Below are positions 34,054 to 48,412 of a stretch of DNA of 64,000 nt, piece by piece. This stretch comes from Saccostrea cucullata. Taxonomy: Eukaryota. A model generated the notes under the pieces. The model was not told where the DNA came from and did no database searches. It saw only the letters and a program-made list of their open reading frames with translations. The stretch is from positions 124,001 through 188,000 of the forward strand of contig NW_026938566.1 of assembly GCF_032062105.1 (NCBI RefSeq), given 5' to 3'. The translations under genes and the position numbers were made by a program. How positions within the stretch are numbered: the stretch's first letter is position 1; each line of letters starts with the position of its first letter.

Positions 34054-35252
34054 CTGATTCCACTTTGGGTTTTCATATAACCTTCTGTCAAATCTACGAA
34101 CTTATCAGACCATTGTCGAAAGAGAATCACGAAACATTTTTAAAATAATCGAAATAACTTCTCGGGATTTTTTCAGTCGCCATCCGAAACACTGGTTGGG
34201 ACTAAGCTACTCAACTGAGTATCAGCTTTTTAAATTCAATCCGAGTGTGACTTTTAAATTGTCCAACCCTTCATGAATTGTGAATTAGGCTGTCATTGAC
34301 TCCAATATACAGTATGCAGTGCATGTATGCTCGGCTGTAAAGTTTGAATTCAATGAATTGCATGAAGCATGTGTAATGAAGATAATATTAAGATTTTGCA
34401 AATTTTGAATTTACATTAACTCGGTAAATTTAAATTACATGATACAGTAAATTCTATTTAATATCAATATAGGTACAGAATATTCTAGTAATACGTGTGT
34501 TTTAATGAATTGTGTATTTTTTCGTCAGTGAAATTAAAAAAAATAATATCCGACGTAAATTATTTCAATAAAATAATACATTTTCAATTAAATATCTCCC
34601 AGTGCAGTGAAGTATTATATATGATTTTGACAAGAGAACAAAATCAAAACATTGTGTGTATATGCCAACAATTCAATAGATTTATCTATGGTTGGGTGAT
34701 ATTTTTGTGCTTTAACAGACAAGATATATCGCAAAGAGCCATCATTTTTTAAAGTTTATGTCATGGCTGTATAAGATGATTGAACCATGACATTAATTAA
34801 CAAACATGTCGACACATTATCTTACAGATATTGAAGGCTTTTTAAGATATCTTAATGCGATGCTTTATTATCATTTCTTTGTAGATATATTTATTGATAT
34901 TTTTATTCACTTCAGAGGAGTGAAAATATCTTCAAATACTTGTCTTCAACATTTGGTTTTGTTATATCAGAACAAACATATCTAACAATGCATATACAAA
35001 AACAAAGAACTATCGCAGGGCAATATCTCGCAAAAATAACTTAAAATATTTTTATTACACTTAAAATTTTTAACATGTTTAAAAATAACTTTCTAATAAT
35101 AACAAAAAATAATAACTTTCTAGTAAATTTCTATTAACATAAAAATGTGCATTTGTATCAAATTGTTAACAAAGAAATTTTTCTTCAATATATGACTTAT
35201 CATCAAGGGAGACATTTTGATTATGACATTTTAACTTATTAAAAATTTGACA

Positions 35253-36313
35253 TACGAGGGTTGTCCCGTAAAATCGTGGACAAAGCGTTTTTCTCGAAAA
35301 GTAATAGCGCACTGAGCTGAAAATTTCAGTAAATGTTTATTTATCATATTTAAGTGCATGATAATTTTTTTGATATAATATAGGCAAAAATAAAGATTTT
35401 ATTATGCTTGAATGTGCACGAGGTATTTCCTACGGCGCACGGTCAAAAAACCAAGGGTTTAATAAAGAATACACAAGTCTGAATTCAAAATAAAAGTTTT
35501 AAATACATAAGATTAGGATTAAATTACACTACTTCAATTCCACAATCAATTTTGTAGTCTTTTTAAAAATCTTAAGGCATTTGCTTAATTTTTGGCAGTT
35601 TCTCGAGCATTCGAAATGGGAAAGTGGTAAACACAACACACGAAAAATGGCGTTTTATGACGTTACGGCGCACCGGAGAACAGTTCAGTTTTATTTCTCT
35701 GTTGTAATGACACCTTTAGAGACTTGAAATGACCATAGAAGAAAAAAGATTATAAAAATATCACCGTATCTTAAGTATACAAATGAAATAGGAGTTTTAT
35801 ATAACACAGTTTTTTAACATGATCAAGTCCCCGGGGAGTACAAAACATACGGACAAACTCCTGATGTAATAGCAAAGGACGCTGTCACAGTAGACCGCCG
35901 ATATGAGATTTTCTATTAGTTGAATGATGGTGGGAATATTGTCCGTAACTTACTAATAAATCTTCAGAAGATCGCACGAGGATGCCAACTGGTTCTTCGG
36001 CTGTTTATGGAGACTAAAGAATGTGTATCAATGAAATTCCTAAATTTAAGTCGGACTCATCCAACTTCATTTTAAGTAAAGATAAAACGTGACGCTGTTT
36101 TAGACACTTTGACGTTATAATTCATGCGCCGTAAGGTGATACAATACATGGCATAAAATCTCATAATTTGTTTATTTATGCATATATTTATTTGAAATTT
36201 GCCAAGTATATTACTAAAATATGTACCAAATAATAGTGAAAATTTCAGAACGCTGTTATGTTTATTTTTCACACTAGACAACTTGTCCACGATTTTACGG
36301 GACAACCCTCGTA
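35253..36313. mobile_element. Tc1/mariner non-autonomous element between the nAChR paralogs
   Basis: Perfect 31-bp inverted ends including TA: TACGAGGGTTGTCCCGTAAAATCGTGGACAA / TTGTCCACGATTTTACGGGACAACCCTCGTA. Confidence 0.9.
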
Positions 36314-36559
36314 AACATGCGCGTGATATGTACTTTGTCGTCATTTTATGAATTGAACAAGATAAATGATTTAAAAAATAATGAAATGTAAGGTCATGCT
36401 TATTGGTACCTTATTTTTCTATTAAAATGATCTCAAGAGAATAAAGTAGAACAAGTTAATAGCAGTGACATATCAGTTCCGCCTCATAGCATTGGACATC
36501 TCCATATGAGTGGAAAATTCATAAGAGAAACATATAACAACGAACGAAACATTGGACAG

Positions 36560-37450
36560 TTCATATCTTAAGCACAAAATATATCATGTCCTGAAACAGG
36601 TATATCAAAATTTGAACAAAGATAGGATATATCAGGTCTTGAACATATCTAAACATAGCAACTCTTTAGCAAAAACAAACATGAATTTCTACAAAAACAG
36701 AACATCTCACATCTCCATCAAATTAGAAGATATCCTGCCTATATCCTAAACAGAATATTCCAGACCTCTATCATTAACAGAACATATTAGATTTCCATCA
36801 TCAATAGAACATATGTAATATCCATCATTAATAGAACATATCACATCTCAGGCATAAAAGGAAAATATCAGCGAGTTTCTCATAAATATAACATACCGGA
36901 TCTTAAAACAGATTTGACCTATCATATCTTAAACATGGATGAAAGATATCAGCTTTTCGAAATATATCAAATGTAGAGAAATGTAGAGCATCTGGATAAC
37001 ATATCAGCTCTTGATCAGAGAAAGATCAATTCAGATCATAAATTGATAATACTGTATTTTTTAAATCGATAGAATATGCCACATCTCTATCATAAAAATT
37101 ATATAACACACGTACGTTATAATGTTATCATAAACAGAATATACCAGATCTTCAATCTATTATAAAGGAATCTAAATTTTTAACATGAAAACATAGGACC
37201 TCATTGAAAATAGAATATAAGTTTGAAAATCTTCAACGCTTACATATTAATTATTGATAGAACATAATCAGGTCTTCATTATGATTTGTACATGCAAGAT
37301 CTTTAACAGAACATAAGATTCTTCACACAACGTTATATATATCAAATCTTCAACACTGCATAGAATATTTCAGATATCATACATAAACAGAACATATTTC
37401 AACATCAATGCAACATATATGATTTTCGACATAATAGATGGAACAATTAA
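36560..37450. repeat. Highly degenerate short-period minisatellite
   Basis: Recurrent AAACAGAACATATCAGATCTT-like motifs throughout. Confidence 0.6.
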
Positions 37451-37901
37451 AATTCCTAAAACAAAATGTTCTTATTATTTTTACAATATTTTAATAATAC
37501 TGAAGAAAATAATGATTACGATAAATAAATATATTTATCGTAATCACTATTTTCTTCAGTATTATTTTCCAAAACAATGCATACACTCGGGGTGAAACAA
37601 GGATGGTTACTGAACCGACTTAAAAGAAAACCCATGCTTCAATATCTCTATGTCGCATGCACTGATCTGTGCAGGTGATAACAACACGAGAATGGAGTTT
37701 TATGGCAGAGAATAACTAATTCTTCCCCCTTTCAGTTGGACACATTACCATCAGTAACTGTTTGTGGGCCTTGACATAACTTTGCATGAATGCAATAGCT
37801 TACACCAGAATAGTGTTTTAAAACTTTTAATGTAGCAAAATTCTAATCTTAAGGTTATGGGTAACATGGGAATATGCATTCAAAACGTCATGTGATCGTT
37901 A

Positions 37902-40900
37902 CTACTGATTTACCAAAATACCAAAGAAAACTATTGTTACTATGAGAGAAATAACCAGGTAAAAGATAAAAAACAGACGATCCAAAACGCGCGCTAAATT
38001 TCGCCATTCCTCTAGTATCTGTTCTGAGTTGGTACTTTTATTAGTTTTTGTCTCTTGACAACTACTTTCTATTGAAAAAGAATGCACACTTTCTACCTCA
38101 ACATCACATTTGTTTACACCCTGAAATAATAAAAATAAGAGATATGTCTTTAAAGAAATACATATAAAATGAACATTTATTTTAGAAAGCATGCATTTGT
38201 AACATTAAAAAGTTACAGACCTTGCTTATTACAGTTTCTGGCTTCTCCGAAGCGACTTTGGTCGTGTCACACAGCACAAATCGTAATTTTCTAAGAAAAA
38301 TATTCTTGACTGATGAAGGCAATGGGCATGTCGATTCTCCACGGAAATGTAAATACAAGACACAGACGGCAAATGTACATGAGAGACAGACGATAACCAT
38401 ACACACAGAAAAGTATATCCCTGTAAAATAAAAGTTATCGTAATATCATTATTGACCCAATAACATTATGTAATTAGAAAAGTAACACTAAAATAGTAAA
38501 ATTGAAATTTTAGGTATCAGTAAAGACCCTTCTTCGCACATGCACACACAAGCAATATCCCTCACCAATGATTGGAAAAGTTTCTGCGGATGCTGGTAAC
38601 TTATCAGAAACAAGCAGAAGAAACACAGATAGTGACAGTAAAACAGTCACTTCAAGTGAAACTTTTTCTCCAGAGTCAGCTGGAATTATAAATCCAAGGG
38701 CGGCTAAAGCAACCACAAGAGTACATGGGAATATGATTGTCAGCACATAGAACCTGGGCTTTCTCTTCATGTGAAGGTAAAACGTCACATCCGGGAAAGG
38801 TTCTGGGCAGCATCCATAGTATACCACGTGACGTTCGCTCCGGAAGCTGACAACCTCCCACTCATTGCTCTTAACAAAAGAAGACAAATCTCCTACCAAA
38901 AAAAAATTTAAATACAGTATTGTCATGTTCTTAATTTTTCATCTATCAAATTCAAAATTTAGAACATGACACTAGCCATTTGAGCAGATTTGAAAAATTG
39001 TCATAATTGTACCATCATTACAACATGCAAATATTTATTTGCATATAATATATCACTGTAAATTTCTTTTTGTTTATGGTTGCAAAAGTATAACTGGATG
39101 AAAGAGTTTCACTTAAAGTTAAATATTGATCTTTAATTAAAAAGCGTCCTTTTTAATAATAATAATAATTAAAAAAATTAAAATCAATGACAATGACAAA
39201 CCGGTAGATCTTCTGGCCACTAGATCAACCTCTTGCCCATTATAAGTCCAGGACCCTAGTGTTATGGTGCATTTTTGTGTGTCGTACGGGAAATATGTGA
39301 CATCAACTGAACACGACATCTCCACAACTGTCGGAAAGTTGAAGTAGGCTGATCCGTCGGAATACACCGTGATCCGGTAAAATCCACGACCTGGCAAATT
39401 CTCACCCTCATGCGCACTGAGAAACAAATATAACTTAGGTGAAATGGAACATAAATTTTTAGAAAAAAATCTGTTTCCTTGCACCTATTAATCCGAATTA
39501 TGCAGCCGAGTGTTATTCAGTGTACAACAATGCTCTCATTGTCCCATTATTAATTTACAAAATGAATTTAAAGCCTAGATAATTCTTACACTATAAAACA
39601 TTAAAATGCACCTCTCAAAAAGAGTGATATCCGGTGTCCAAAGTTTGCTCATGGACACCGAAAAGGAAGCGAGTCCCCCGTACGTGGCAGACGTCCAGGC
39701 CAGATAGCAGTCTTTCCAGCTCTTGGTAAAATAAAAGTCTTAGAATGATTGACAAGAACTTAGCATACAGATATTTAATTGCATTGTCTCTCTTAAGTTG
39801 GGAAAGCTTTCTTTTACAAAAAAGATTGTCAACATTCCAGTAGTAAAATTTTACAGTACATGTATTGATGCTGAAACAAAATTCGAGTTGTGTTTAAACT
39901 GTTTCCCCAATATCTTCTTTATTCAACAATCTGAGTGATTTTGTGCCAAATCAATTGCAACTTTTTTTTTTCCTTTCAAAGTTACGATCAATGCAAAAAA
40001 TTACACCTCTGAAACTTGTGACCTTGTCCTTAATAAACCCCTACTTTATAGCTACATAATCTGTACACATCCTCTACTTAGAAAGGGTCCTTTTATGAAA
40101 GATGAGCTTCCAATGTTATGGCCAGAAAAAGTTAATTTGAATACAATTTTATAAAAATTGACCAGTTGCTCTATGGAAGTAGGCAGTAGCTAGTAATATG
40201 AAGGAATAAGCAGACCTTCAAATGGTGGACCCACTCTTACCAATAAATAAATAAATCAAACATAAAAATAAATCAATTAACAAAGAGTCAAAGGAATAAA
40301 AAGAGAAAAAATGAATGTACTAGTAATCTACATTTTTCTTTTATCATTGATAAAATTATTTTATTGAATACAACATGTATACCTGACGTATCCACATCTT
40401 TAACTTCAACGTTTGTTCTCTTTCATTCTAAAAAAGTTTAAATACATAATTAAGTAAAAAGAACTTGCAAGAACTAATGATTTTCATAAATTGCAAGCAT
40501 TTGTTAATTAGATTTAAAAAAAATAGCTGTAAACTGTCAATTTAATTGACATGTCGTTATTTTTTTGGTCGCTTTGAAGTGATATACGAATATTGTTACA
40601 TTTAATCGGAATATCAAACAATGGTTATGTAAACTTCCTCTGCGATAGTAATTTCTTGTACAATTAAGAACCTTTGAGTATGTGTGGATATTTTGCTCTA
40701 TTTAGAAATCAATGTAGAACCTTGAGAATAAACAGCTGCGATTGACATCGGTTAATATTTATTTTCTGTAGGGAGCTGTGGTGAAATAATACCCATGTTC
40801 CTTCGTGCATTCTTTTTTCAAGATTTCTCATACAGAATTATCTTAAGTGCTTTAATATCTATTTTAATTTCTTCGCTGCCTTTTGAATTGGTACTGGTAT

Positions 40901-42357
40901 TCAATAAAGCAATAAAACAAAAACTAAGATTGATTTACATTTTTTTATCATTTATGTTTTAAGGTAGCAGACTATACCCCGGTATTTCAGTGACATCCTA
41001 ACGACAATTTCACGAACTTTCGATCCCTGATTTCCATGTATAAAGTAAAATACTTTCGATGATATTGGTATAAAGTATTATTATAGCCCCAACAATCTGA
41101 GAAACTATAAACTCAATTTTTCAGTGATTATATATATATAATTTTTATTTATTCACCAATTAAGGGCCCTCTGGGGGCATATACAATTAAGAAACAAACA
41201 ATATAATCATGATTATAACAATGCAAACTTCACTTGATCCTCACGTGTAAACGTTCTCAGATTTGAACTACTGATATACAGGGTAGTTCACAATGAAATA
41301 TAAGCATTACATATAATTATAATAATACAATATGAAGAAAATAAAAATAATAATAAAATACCAAGCTCCTTTATACTGCAATGACCAGGTGGATAATAGC
41401 AAACAAGTACATGTAATCATATTATTATTAATCATATAATTAAAAAAAGTATATATATTTTGTTGGCCTGGTAGCATAAGATACCAAGGGACAATGCCTA
41501 TTGAGCAGTCTGGAAAAAAAAAATGAAAAACCAGGTTGCTCGGTCTTGGACCTCAAGCAACCAAGACAGCATGTAGGATGAAAACTTAATTTGTTGGCCT
41601 GATCATAATATATTATTATCATATTTACCAGGGCAATAATGCAGGAGGGCAATATCTAAACTGACAACTCAATCTTTCAGTGATTATAACAATATAATAT
41701 TAATGATATTTACCAGGGCAATAATTTCTCGAAGGGCAACATCTAGGCTGACGGTGATATTGGTGGTATGATTGCATCTGGGCAGAATTTCTGTGGTGTA
41801 GTTGGATAACAGGCTGCTGTAGAGATTCTGCTCTGTGGCAGAAGGTTTAGTCCCTGTTGGAGAAAAAATGCAGGATAACCACTATATAACCACTGTATGA
41901 TCTGATGATGAAATAGATCATTTTTAGAAGAGGTCTATCTCTATGCAAAATCAACTACATCTGTAATATGATTTAGGTAATACCCTACTGTCTGTCAAAG
42001 AAAAGTAATTTGATTTGGCAGTAGTCAACATAGTATGGTTTCGCTATCAAATTAAAATTGTTGTAATACCATCTAAATTAAAAAAGCCTGTGATCAAAAC
42101 TATGTATTACTTTAAAGACAAGTAAAATGGGAAAAAAAGTCAATATAAGAAATAAACAAAGAAGATGACATGATGCATACAATGACAACACAATTGTTTC
42201 TTCAGCTCATTGCAATAATACCAGACAAACAACAATGGATGCAATGTTATCTACTTCCTATACTTATCTAATGAGAAGAAAATTCAAATTTATATTTTAA
42301 AGAAATCTTACCTTTCAACGTTGAAATTAAAATTAAGAAAGAAATAACTTTTTCCAT
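37902..42357 (-). CDS. Nicotinic acetylcholine receptor alpha-type subunit (alpha9/10-like), paralog B, 433 aa
   Basis: Exons 42312-42357, 41714-41853, 40383-40427, 39612-39721, 39202-39416, 38566-38892, 38221-38420, 37902-38120 (1302 nt, open). First six exon lengths identical to paralog A. Cys-loop and M2 identical to A; loop C is YYGCCPEPF. Confidence 0.95.
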
Positions 42358-43534
42358 TTGAGTCAAAAATTCTAATTTCTCTACAACTTTCTTATAAATT
42401 CCGCTGCTGTTGAAAGCGAATACCGTGAATTTTAAATATGCAAGACATTTGCAGTTATTTGTTATTGACCAACCAAGCCCTTTTCTTGTATTTGTTGCCA
42501 ATCAGCCATATTAAGGGTTAATTATCGGGTTCAGATCAATAACGTGTAAGCAATATAAATTCTGTTGGAAAATGGGTTGAAAATGTTGCCTTTGAGCCTG
42601 CAGTGTTGGGATAACATCAAGTTTATTTTTAAATTAGTTTCCTTCGGACCTTTATTTAATGAATTTAAAATACGTTTTACTAAGAAAATTGCTTATCCAC
42701 ATTGTATTTCATTGCTGGTTTTGTGTGTAAAGATGTTTTTTTTTATTTAGTCTATTTTACCTTTCTCTCTCAGCCCTATCAAGATCACATTTTTTTCTCG
42801 AGGATGGTCAAATATGTTTTTGTACACTATCAGATAAAGGAAAGATATTTGTTAATCCTGTCCTAAACCTACACATTATTTAAATGAAATATCAAGAACA
42901 TGTTCTTAAAATAATTTTAACCATATACGATCTAAGCTTGAATATTGCGGTGATATGGTCCTCCATACCATCCCTTTCTTCCGCTCCCTCACCCCTGTCT
43001 GTATAGCTGATCATACTTTTATTGTTATTATTGAGAAAAAAGAAGATGTGTTTGTGAAACACTTTGCCCCAGATGGTAACAGAATTCTAGGGTGGAACGT
43101 GGTATACACTTACCCTTGACAACGCAATAGTTATGGGCTAGGTTAAAGTTGACAACAGACAGACAAGAACAAAAACTATCTACCACCCGGATTTTTCGAT
43201 CCAGGAGCATAAAAATAAATAACAATAAATGTATAAAAACTGAAGTTATTTGTCTTTGAGACATAAAGTCTTTGTAAATAAAACATACTAAAGTAAGTGG
43301 CCTCCATATAAATACAAAAGGGTAAGGTTTCAGAGAAAATATCAAGGTATAAATGTAGTAACCTTACTTCTGATCTTTTCAAAGACCGCCCTAAAGAATC
43401 ACCAATATGGACAAAATATGGATATCAAATAGAAGATTCTTGTATTGTCCATAATATGCAACACAAAGACATTTGCTGATCAAATACATGAATGAATAGA
43501 ATAGAAAATATACAGTATATATTATATGCCATAA

Positions 43535-44435
43535 GGCCAGATAGAATTAATCTTTAGATTCTCATCCTAATTTGCTAAAATATTGGGGCGGGTGGGCGGA
43601 TTTTATTTTTTATTTTTTATAATTGTTAAATTGGAAGTATCAACAAAACATGGACTCTCGTAAACATTTTTTGTTATGTTAATGCCAATATGAATAGATT
43701 TTATTCCTTTCATATTCTTTTAAATATTTAAAGAAGCTTCTTGCTTTAAAAAATTAAATATTTATTGTTAATTAAGAAATTATCAAGTACACAAATACGG
43801 CACACGCCAATCAAAATGGGGTGGGGATACCGTTAAATTGTGTATGCATGTCAGACTTCCTCAAATACCTTTTAGTTTTACCAACCTATGTTTTCTGTAA
43901 AATATCACATACTGGAAAACCTAGGCCTGAACAGTTTTAAGATTTAACATTTTCTTAGCATTCTTTAAAGTCTGCCTACGATGTTTTATTATTTTTTTTT
44001 TCAAAGAAAAATCACACACAGTTGGAGATCGTTTAAAACTTGACCAGGTGTTATTTTCCCTGTCTATTTTTCCTTAGTTAAAATCTCTCTAATTTGCTCA
44101 AGCCATTAACATGATTAATACTATCTAGACGTGTTGATGCTATTTTTTCTTCTCTACCTTTTTTACACTGACATTTTATCTTTTCATTACATATTTAAAC
44201 TGCTTTTATTGCCGATTTTTCGCCATTCTTCACATGGCTCTTTTGCTATAAATAGCGACACGCGACTTTTAATACAGACGAGAGATAACTCTTAAACTTT
44301 GACCAAAATTCTTGCTGAATAAAAATACATGGAAAATACTTTTAACACCCAAAAATCGAAATAAAAAACACCGGGATGGGACATTTTGAGAGGGGCGGGC
44401 GGGGATGAGAATCTAAAGATTAATTTTATCTGGCC
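43535..44435. mobile_element. Non-autonomous DNA transposon with TAA TSD (Zator- or PIF/Harbinger-like)
   Basis: TIR GGCCAGATAGAATTAATCTTTAGATTCTCATCC / GGATGAGAATCTAAAGATTAATTTTATCTGGCC, TAA on both flanks, GGGCGGG subterminal motifs. Confidence 0.85.
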
Positions 44436-47400
44436 TAATATGGTGTTGATTTACAATGTCTGGATCACAATTTTTCATTTTCAGTCATGTACATACATCC
44501 TATAAAAAAACTCGAAGATTTTTTTTTATTTTAGTTTATTGTTACATGTTGTTGGAAATATTAATCTTTTATATGTATGCTATTTTGTCTGAATCAAGAA
44601 CAATTTTTTGAATTTATGGGGTTTTTTTGTTGTTGCTTAAAATATACTTTTTTGCATTCTCTCTCTCATATTGTTTGAAAGTTTTATTAAATTATTATTA
44701 ATCAAATAGATATATTCACAATATACTGTACATGTAATATCTATAAAAAGAGGTTTTCAGTCGATTATGTTGAATGTATATAAATAACCTTGGTTTACAT
44801 CAGATGGTGCACTTTTAGTTATCATTGACAAGATTAATTTAGGACCCGAAAATACTCTTTGAGTTACCAATTTACGTAAACTGTTTTTACCAGGATTGGA
44901 AGTAAAAACAGTGCATAATTTATACGAATAATGCTGCCGAAATATTACCAGATCGAATTTTTTTTATTCTTCACGTCTCCGCAGTATTTGGCAGTTTGTG
45001 TTAGATAGGTCATTTGCAAACCAGAAATCAACCAGCATCACTCATACTTTCAATAAAACAGCTATGTTTTATGCAAAGTTGATTTTGAAAAAGTGGTCAA
45101 ACAATACCGATTGCTTTTAAAATTTTTTTTATTTATTTGCACTGTTTTGCAGTTGTCGCTTTTGTCCATAACTGATTAGCAGGACCAGAATTCACCGTGT
45201 GATGAATAACCAAGACAATATACATCGACCATTTTATCATTGTTTGAAAGGCTGATCGGAGGAAATTCCAAGAGGACTTCCAAATACAAGAGGAAAGTTT
45301 GCATTGCAATTTAGATCTGTCCCTCCAAGAAGCACAAGATCTCTTCTTGTACAGCGGAGGAATTTGCCCACCACCACCACTACCCTTCAATGATGTCCTT
45401 TTATACGATTTTTGACCTCGCCTCAGATAAAGGTTTTAAAATTTGCAGATACTTGATATGAACGTTTTTAGAATATGTTTGGGGATGAAATATGATGAAT
45501 ATACTTAACCATGACATATATACCCATAATGTAAATTTAAAAAACTCAAATTTTAGCAACAAAGTTTTCTCTCTGTCTCTCTTTGGATTCATTCTAAATA
45601 CCCCATGTATAGCAATTGATTATCTTCCCTACATTTTGTTAAATGTTAAAATGTACCAGTATTTGTGCCTTGGCTAATAGAGAAGGACCATAGGCATTTA
45701 CGCGTGTCGTTCAATCCAGTTCATTACTCTGAAGAAGTATTTTTAAAAGCAAAATAAAGAATACCGGGGTATCATTGGATATAAATTTGTAAATAAAAGA
45801 CATCATAGACAGAGTACTCGTAAAATTTACTTTCCATGGCACTGGTCAATTGTAAAATTGTTTATTTTTGCAAACTCCTCCCTTAAAAAAAATTACTTAA
45901 AAGTGATAAAAAAAAAATAAACGTGTCTTTTTTCACAAATTTGAATTGTTTGTATTTATTAGCTCGATCACAATTCGTTATTTTCACTGTTTTTCATTCA
46001 TTATATGTTAAAACCATGGGGAATGAAAATCCCTTCGCTGTAAGCGTGAATTCATTACAAGCAGATTCGCTTTAAATAAATTATAATAATGTCAATCTAA
46101 CCTAAATCACATATAGCAATAATTATAAGCAATCCACGAATCCTTTTTTTCTATAGTACATACTGTGCCCCAAGTTTAATTCCGAAATGGATAGGTGACA
46201 ACTGCATTGCCATTCAATTTGTTATTTCTGTAAAAATCCCTTACACACAATGGATTATCTGGAGTTGCAATTTGATAGGACACGGGGACCCTACTGTATA
46301 TCGCTGCTGCAGGATATTGTTATTTTAAAAAATAGAATTTTTCCAGTTTAATTTGTTTATGACGATAAAAAATATTTAAATCTAAATTTTAGAAGAGGAC
46401 CATATTCCTAACTCTACCCCATACAGAACTGAAGGATTTCAATCTCTAAGCTAACACTTTACAGAGAACTGGTAGTTGTTTCTCTAAAGACAGGGAAGAG
46501 GATCTTACAACTTGTAAGTTGTTTTAATTAACATCTTCTTTTAAAAATTAATTTTATTTATATTCTGTCACCAAAAAATAAGTGATTATCAAAGTATATC
46601 AGGTATGTATACTAAGAAATGTAAATCCTATTTCTTATGAATATGCTTTTTCAATTGTGATCAAGTAGTTTTGTTTTCTTAAAAAATAATTTGATAAAAA
46701 TAAGTTTTCAGTCATTAGTATCCCCCTAAAAAATTTAGAACTTTTCAATTTAAATTCGTTGAGACTGAGAAATTGTGTAATTTTTAGAAATATTAGTATA
46801 TTTCCTTAAAGAAATTCATAGGTTTGCAAACTCGGTTTCATTCTTCTTATTACATATGCAGATTATTATTTTATTTATTGTTATTTGCCTTTTGTCTGCA
46901 AATTTTGAAAATTAATCCTTATTCATGTAATGTAAAAAAAAGTTGTTTGATTTTAAATATTTTTGTGAAAATTACAGAATCAAGAAGATCAATGACGAAA
47001 GTTATTTTTTCTTTTTACTGTAATTAAAATTAGAAGCTCTCGTATATAAATGATACTAATGCATTTGGAGAAATACGTGAAGATTTTATTTCCCTCTCGA
47101 TAGCACCCTCGACAGATTACTACGTTTATTTACATATTGGATAAAACTTATTTGAAAAAAAATATATATATACTAAGAGATAAAGATTTAACATAATAAA
47201 AAAGGCTCGGAATGAAAAACGACAACAAAGACATAACAAACAAGCTTTTTACATTATATTCCCACGTAATCTTTCTGTAACCATTCATAAAAAAGTTCAT
47301 ACTATATATTAACTCGAATCTTTTATTCCAGTATACATCGTCTGGGTAAATATAATTCATAGGCTGGCATGTTCATTTTCTGTTGAAGATTTTAATCTCG

Positions 47401-47474
47401 CTTTACATGTATTTATTTATTTATATTCTTATTCAGTACACGAGGGCATGAAATGAGATTGTAGGGAATATGTG

Positions 47475-48205
47475 AGCGAGAAAGTGTGGAGATTGAGGGG
47501 TAAGAAGTCTTGGAAGAAAGAGAGTGGGATAGTAAGGGGTGAGAAGTCATGGGAAAAAAGAGTGGGAGAATAAGGGATGAGAAGTCGTGGGAGAAAGAGA
47601 GTGGGAGAGTGAGGGATGAGAAGTCGTGGGAGAAAAGAGAGTGTGGAAAGTGAGGGGTGAAAAGTCGTTGGAGAAAGAGAGTGGGAGAGTGAGGGATGAG
47701 AAGTCGTGGGAGAAAAGAGAGTATGGAGAGTGAGGGGTGAGAAGTCATGGGAGAAAGAGAGTGAGGGATGAGGAGTCCAGGGAGAAAAGAGAGTGGGGGA
47801 GTGAGGGGTGAGAAGTCGTGGGAGAGAGAGAGTGGGAGAGTGAGGGGTGAGAAGTCGTATACGAGAATGAGAATGCATGAGGAAGAAAAAGGGAGGGGGA
47901 TAGAGAAAGAGAGAGAGAGTCGAGGGAGAAAAGGAGAGAGGAGAGGGAGGGGAGAAAGAGAGAAGGAGAGGGAGAAAGAGAATAGGGAGGGGAGAAAGAG
48001 TAAGATGGATAGTTTGAATGGAGGGAGAAAGAGAATGAGGAGTGAGAGAGTAGGGAACAGAAAGGTTTGAAGTATTAGGGATAGTGCAGGAGGGGGGAAT
48101 GGGAAGAATGAAAGAGTAGGAAAGAAAGTGGGGAAGACTGGAGAGAGAATTGGTGAGAGTAGGGAGAGTGATGGGGAGTGGTGGTGGAGAGATGGGATGT
48201 GAGAG
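47475..48205. repeat. Purine-rich ~39-41-bp minisatellite (about 10 units) plus GA-rich low-complexity tract
   Basis: Unit close to GAGAGTGGGAGAGTGAGGGATGAGAAGTCGTGGGAGAAA from 47480 to 47860, then a purine-rich (mostly G/A) tract to about 48205. Confidence 0.9.
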
Positions 48206-48412
48206 AGTCGGCGTGTGGGGTCGAGAAAAAGCAACGAAATCGACAAATACAAAAACGGACGGGGCTTGGTTGGTTGAAAGCTTTAACAAAGAGAAACCAA
48301 GATGGAAATTAAGCTACTTTCTGAATGACTCAAAGTTTCATTTTTTTACTCAATCTACTTTGCTTTATTTATTTCTTTCTTTTTAAAGGAGCTGGTTTGC
48401 ATTGTGTGTGAC

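Noticed and set aside
45133-45420. GC-richer coding-like patch between nAChR-B and SLC17-1
   Set aside because: No recognisable homology, and I could not find a convincing acceptor/donor pair linking it to either gene. It could be a UTR exon or a decayed fragment.
47413-48289. Two long minus-strand ORFs (279 and 286 aa) and a 100-aa plus-strand ORF
   Set aside because: They arise from the stop-poor purine/pyrimidine minisatellite. Overlapping frames are open and composition is low-complexity.
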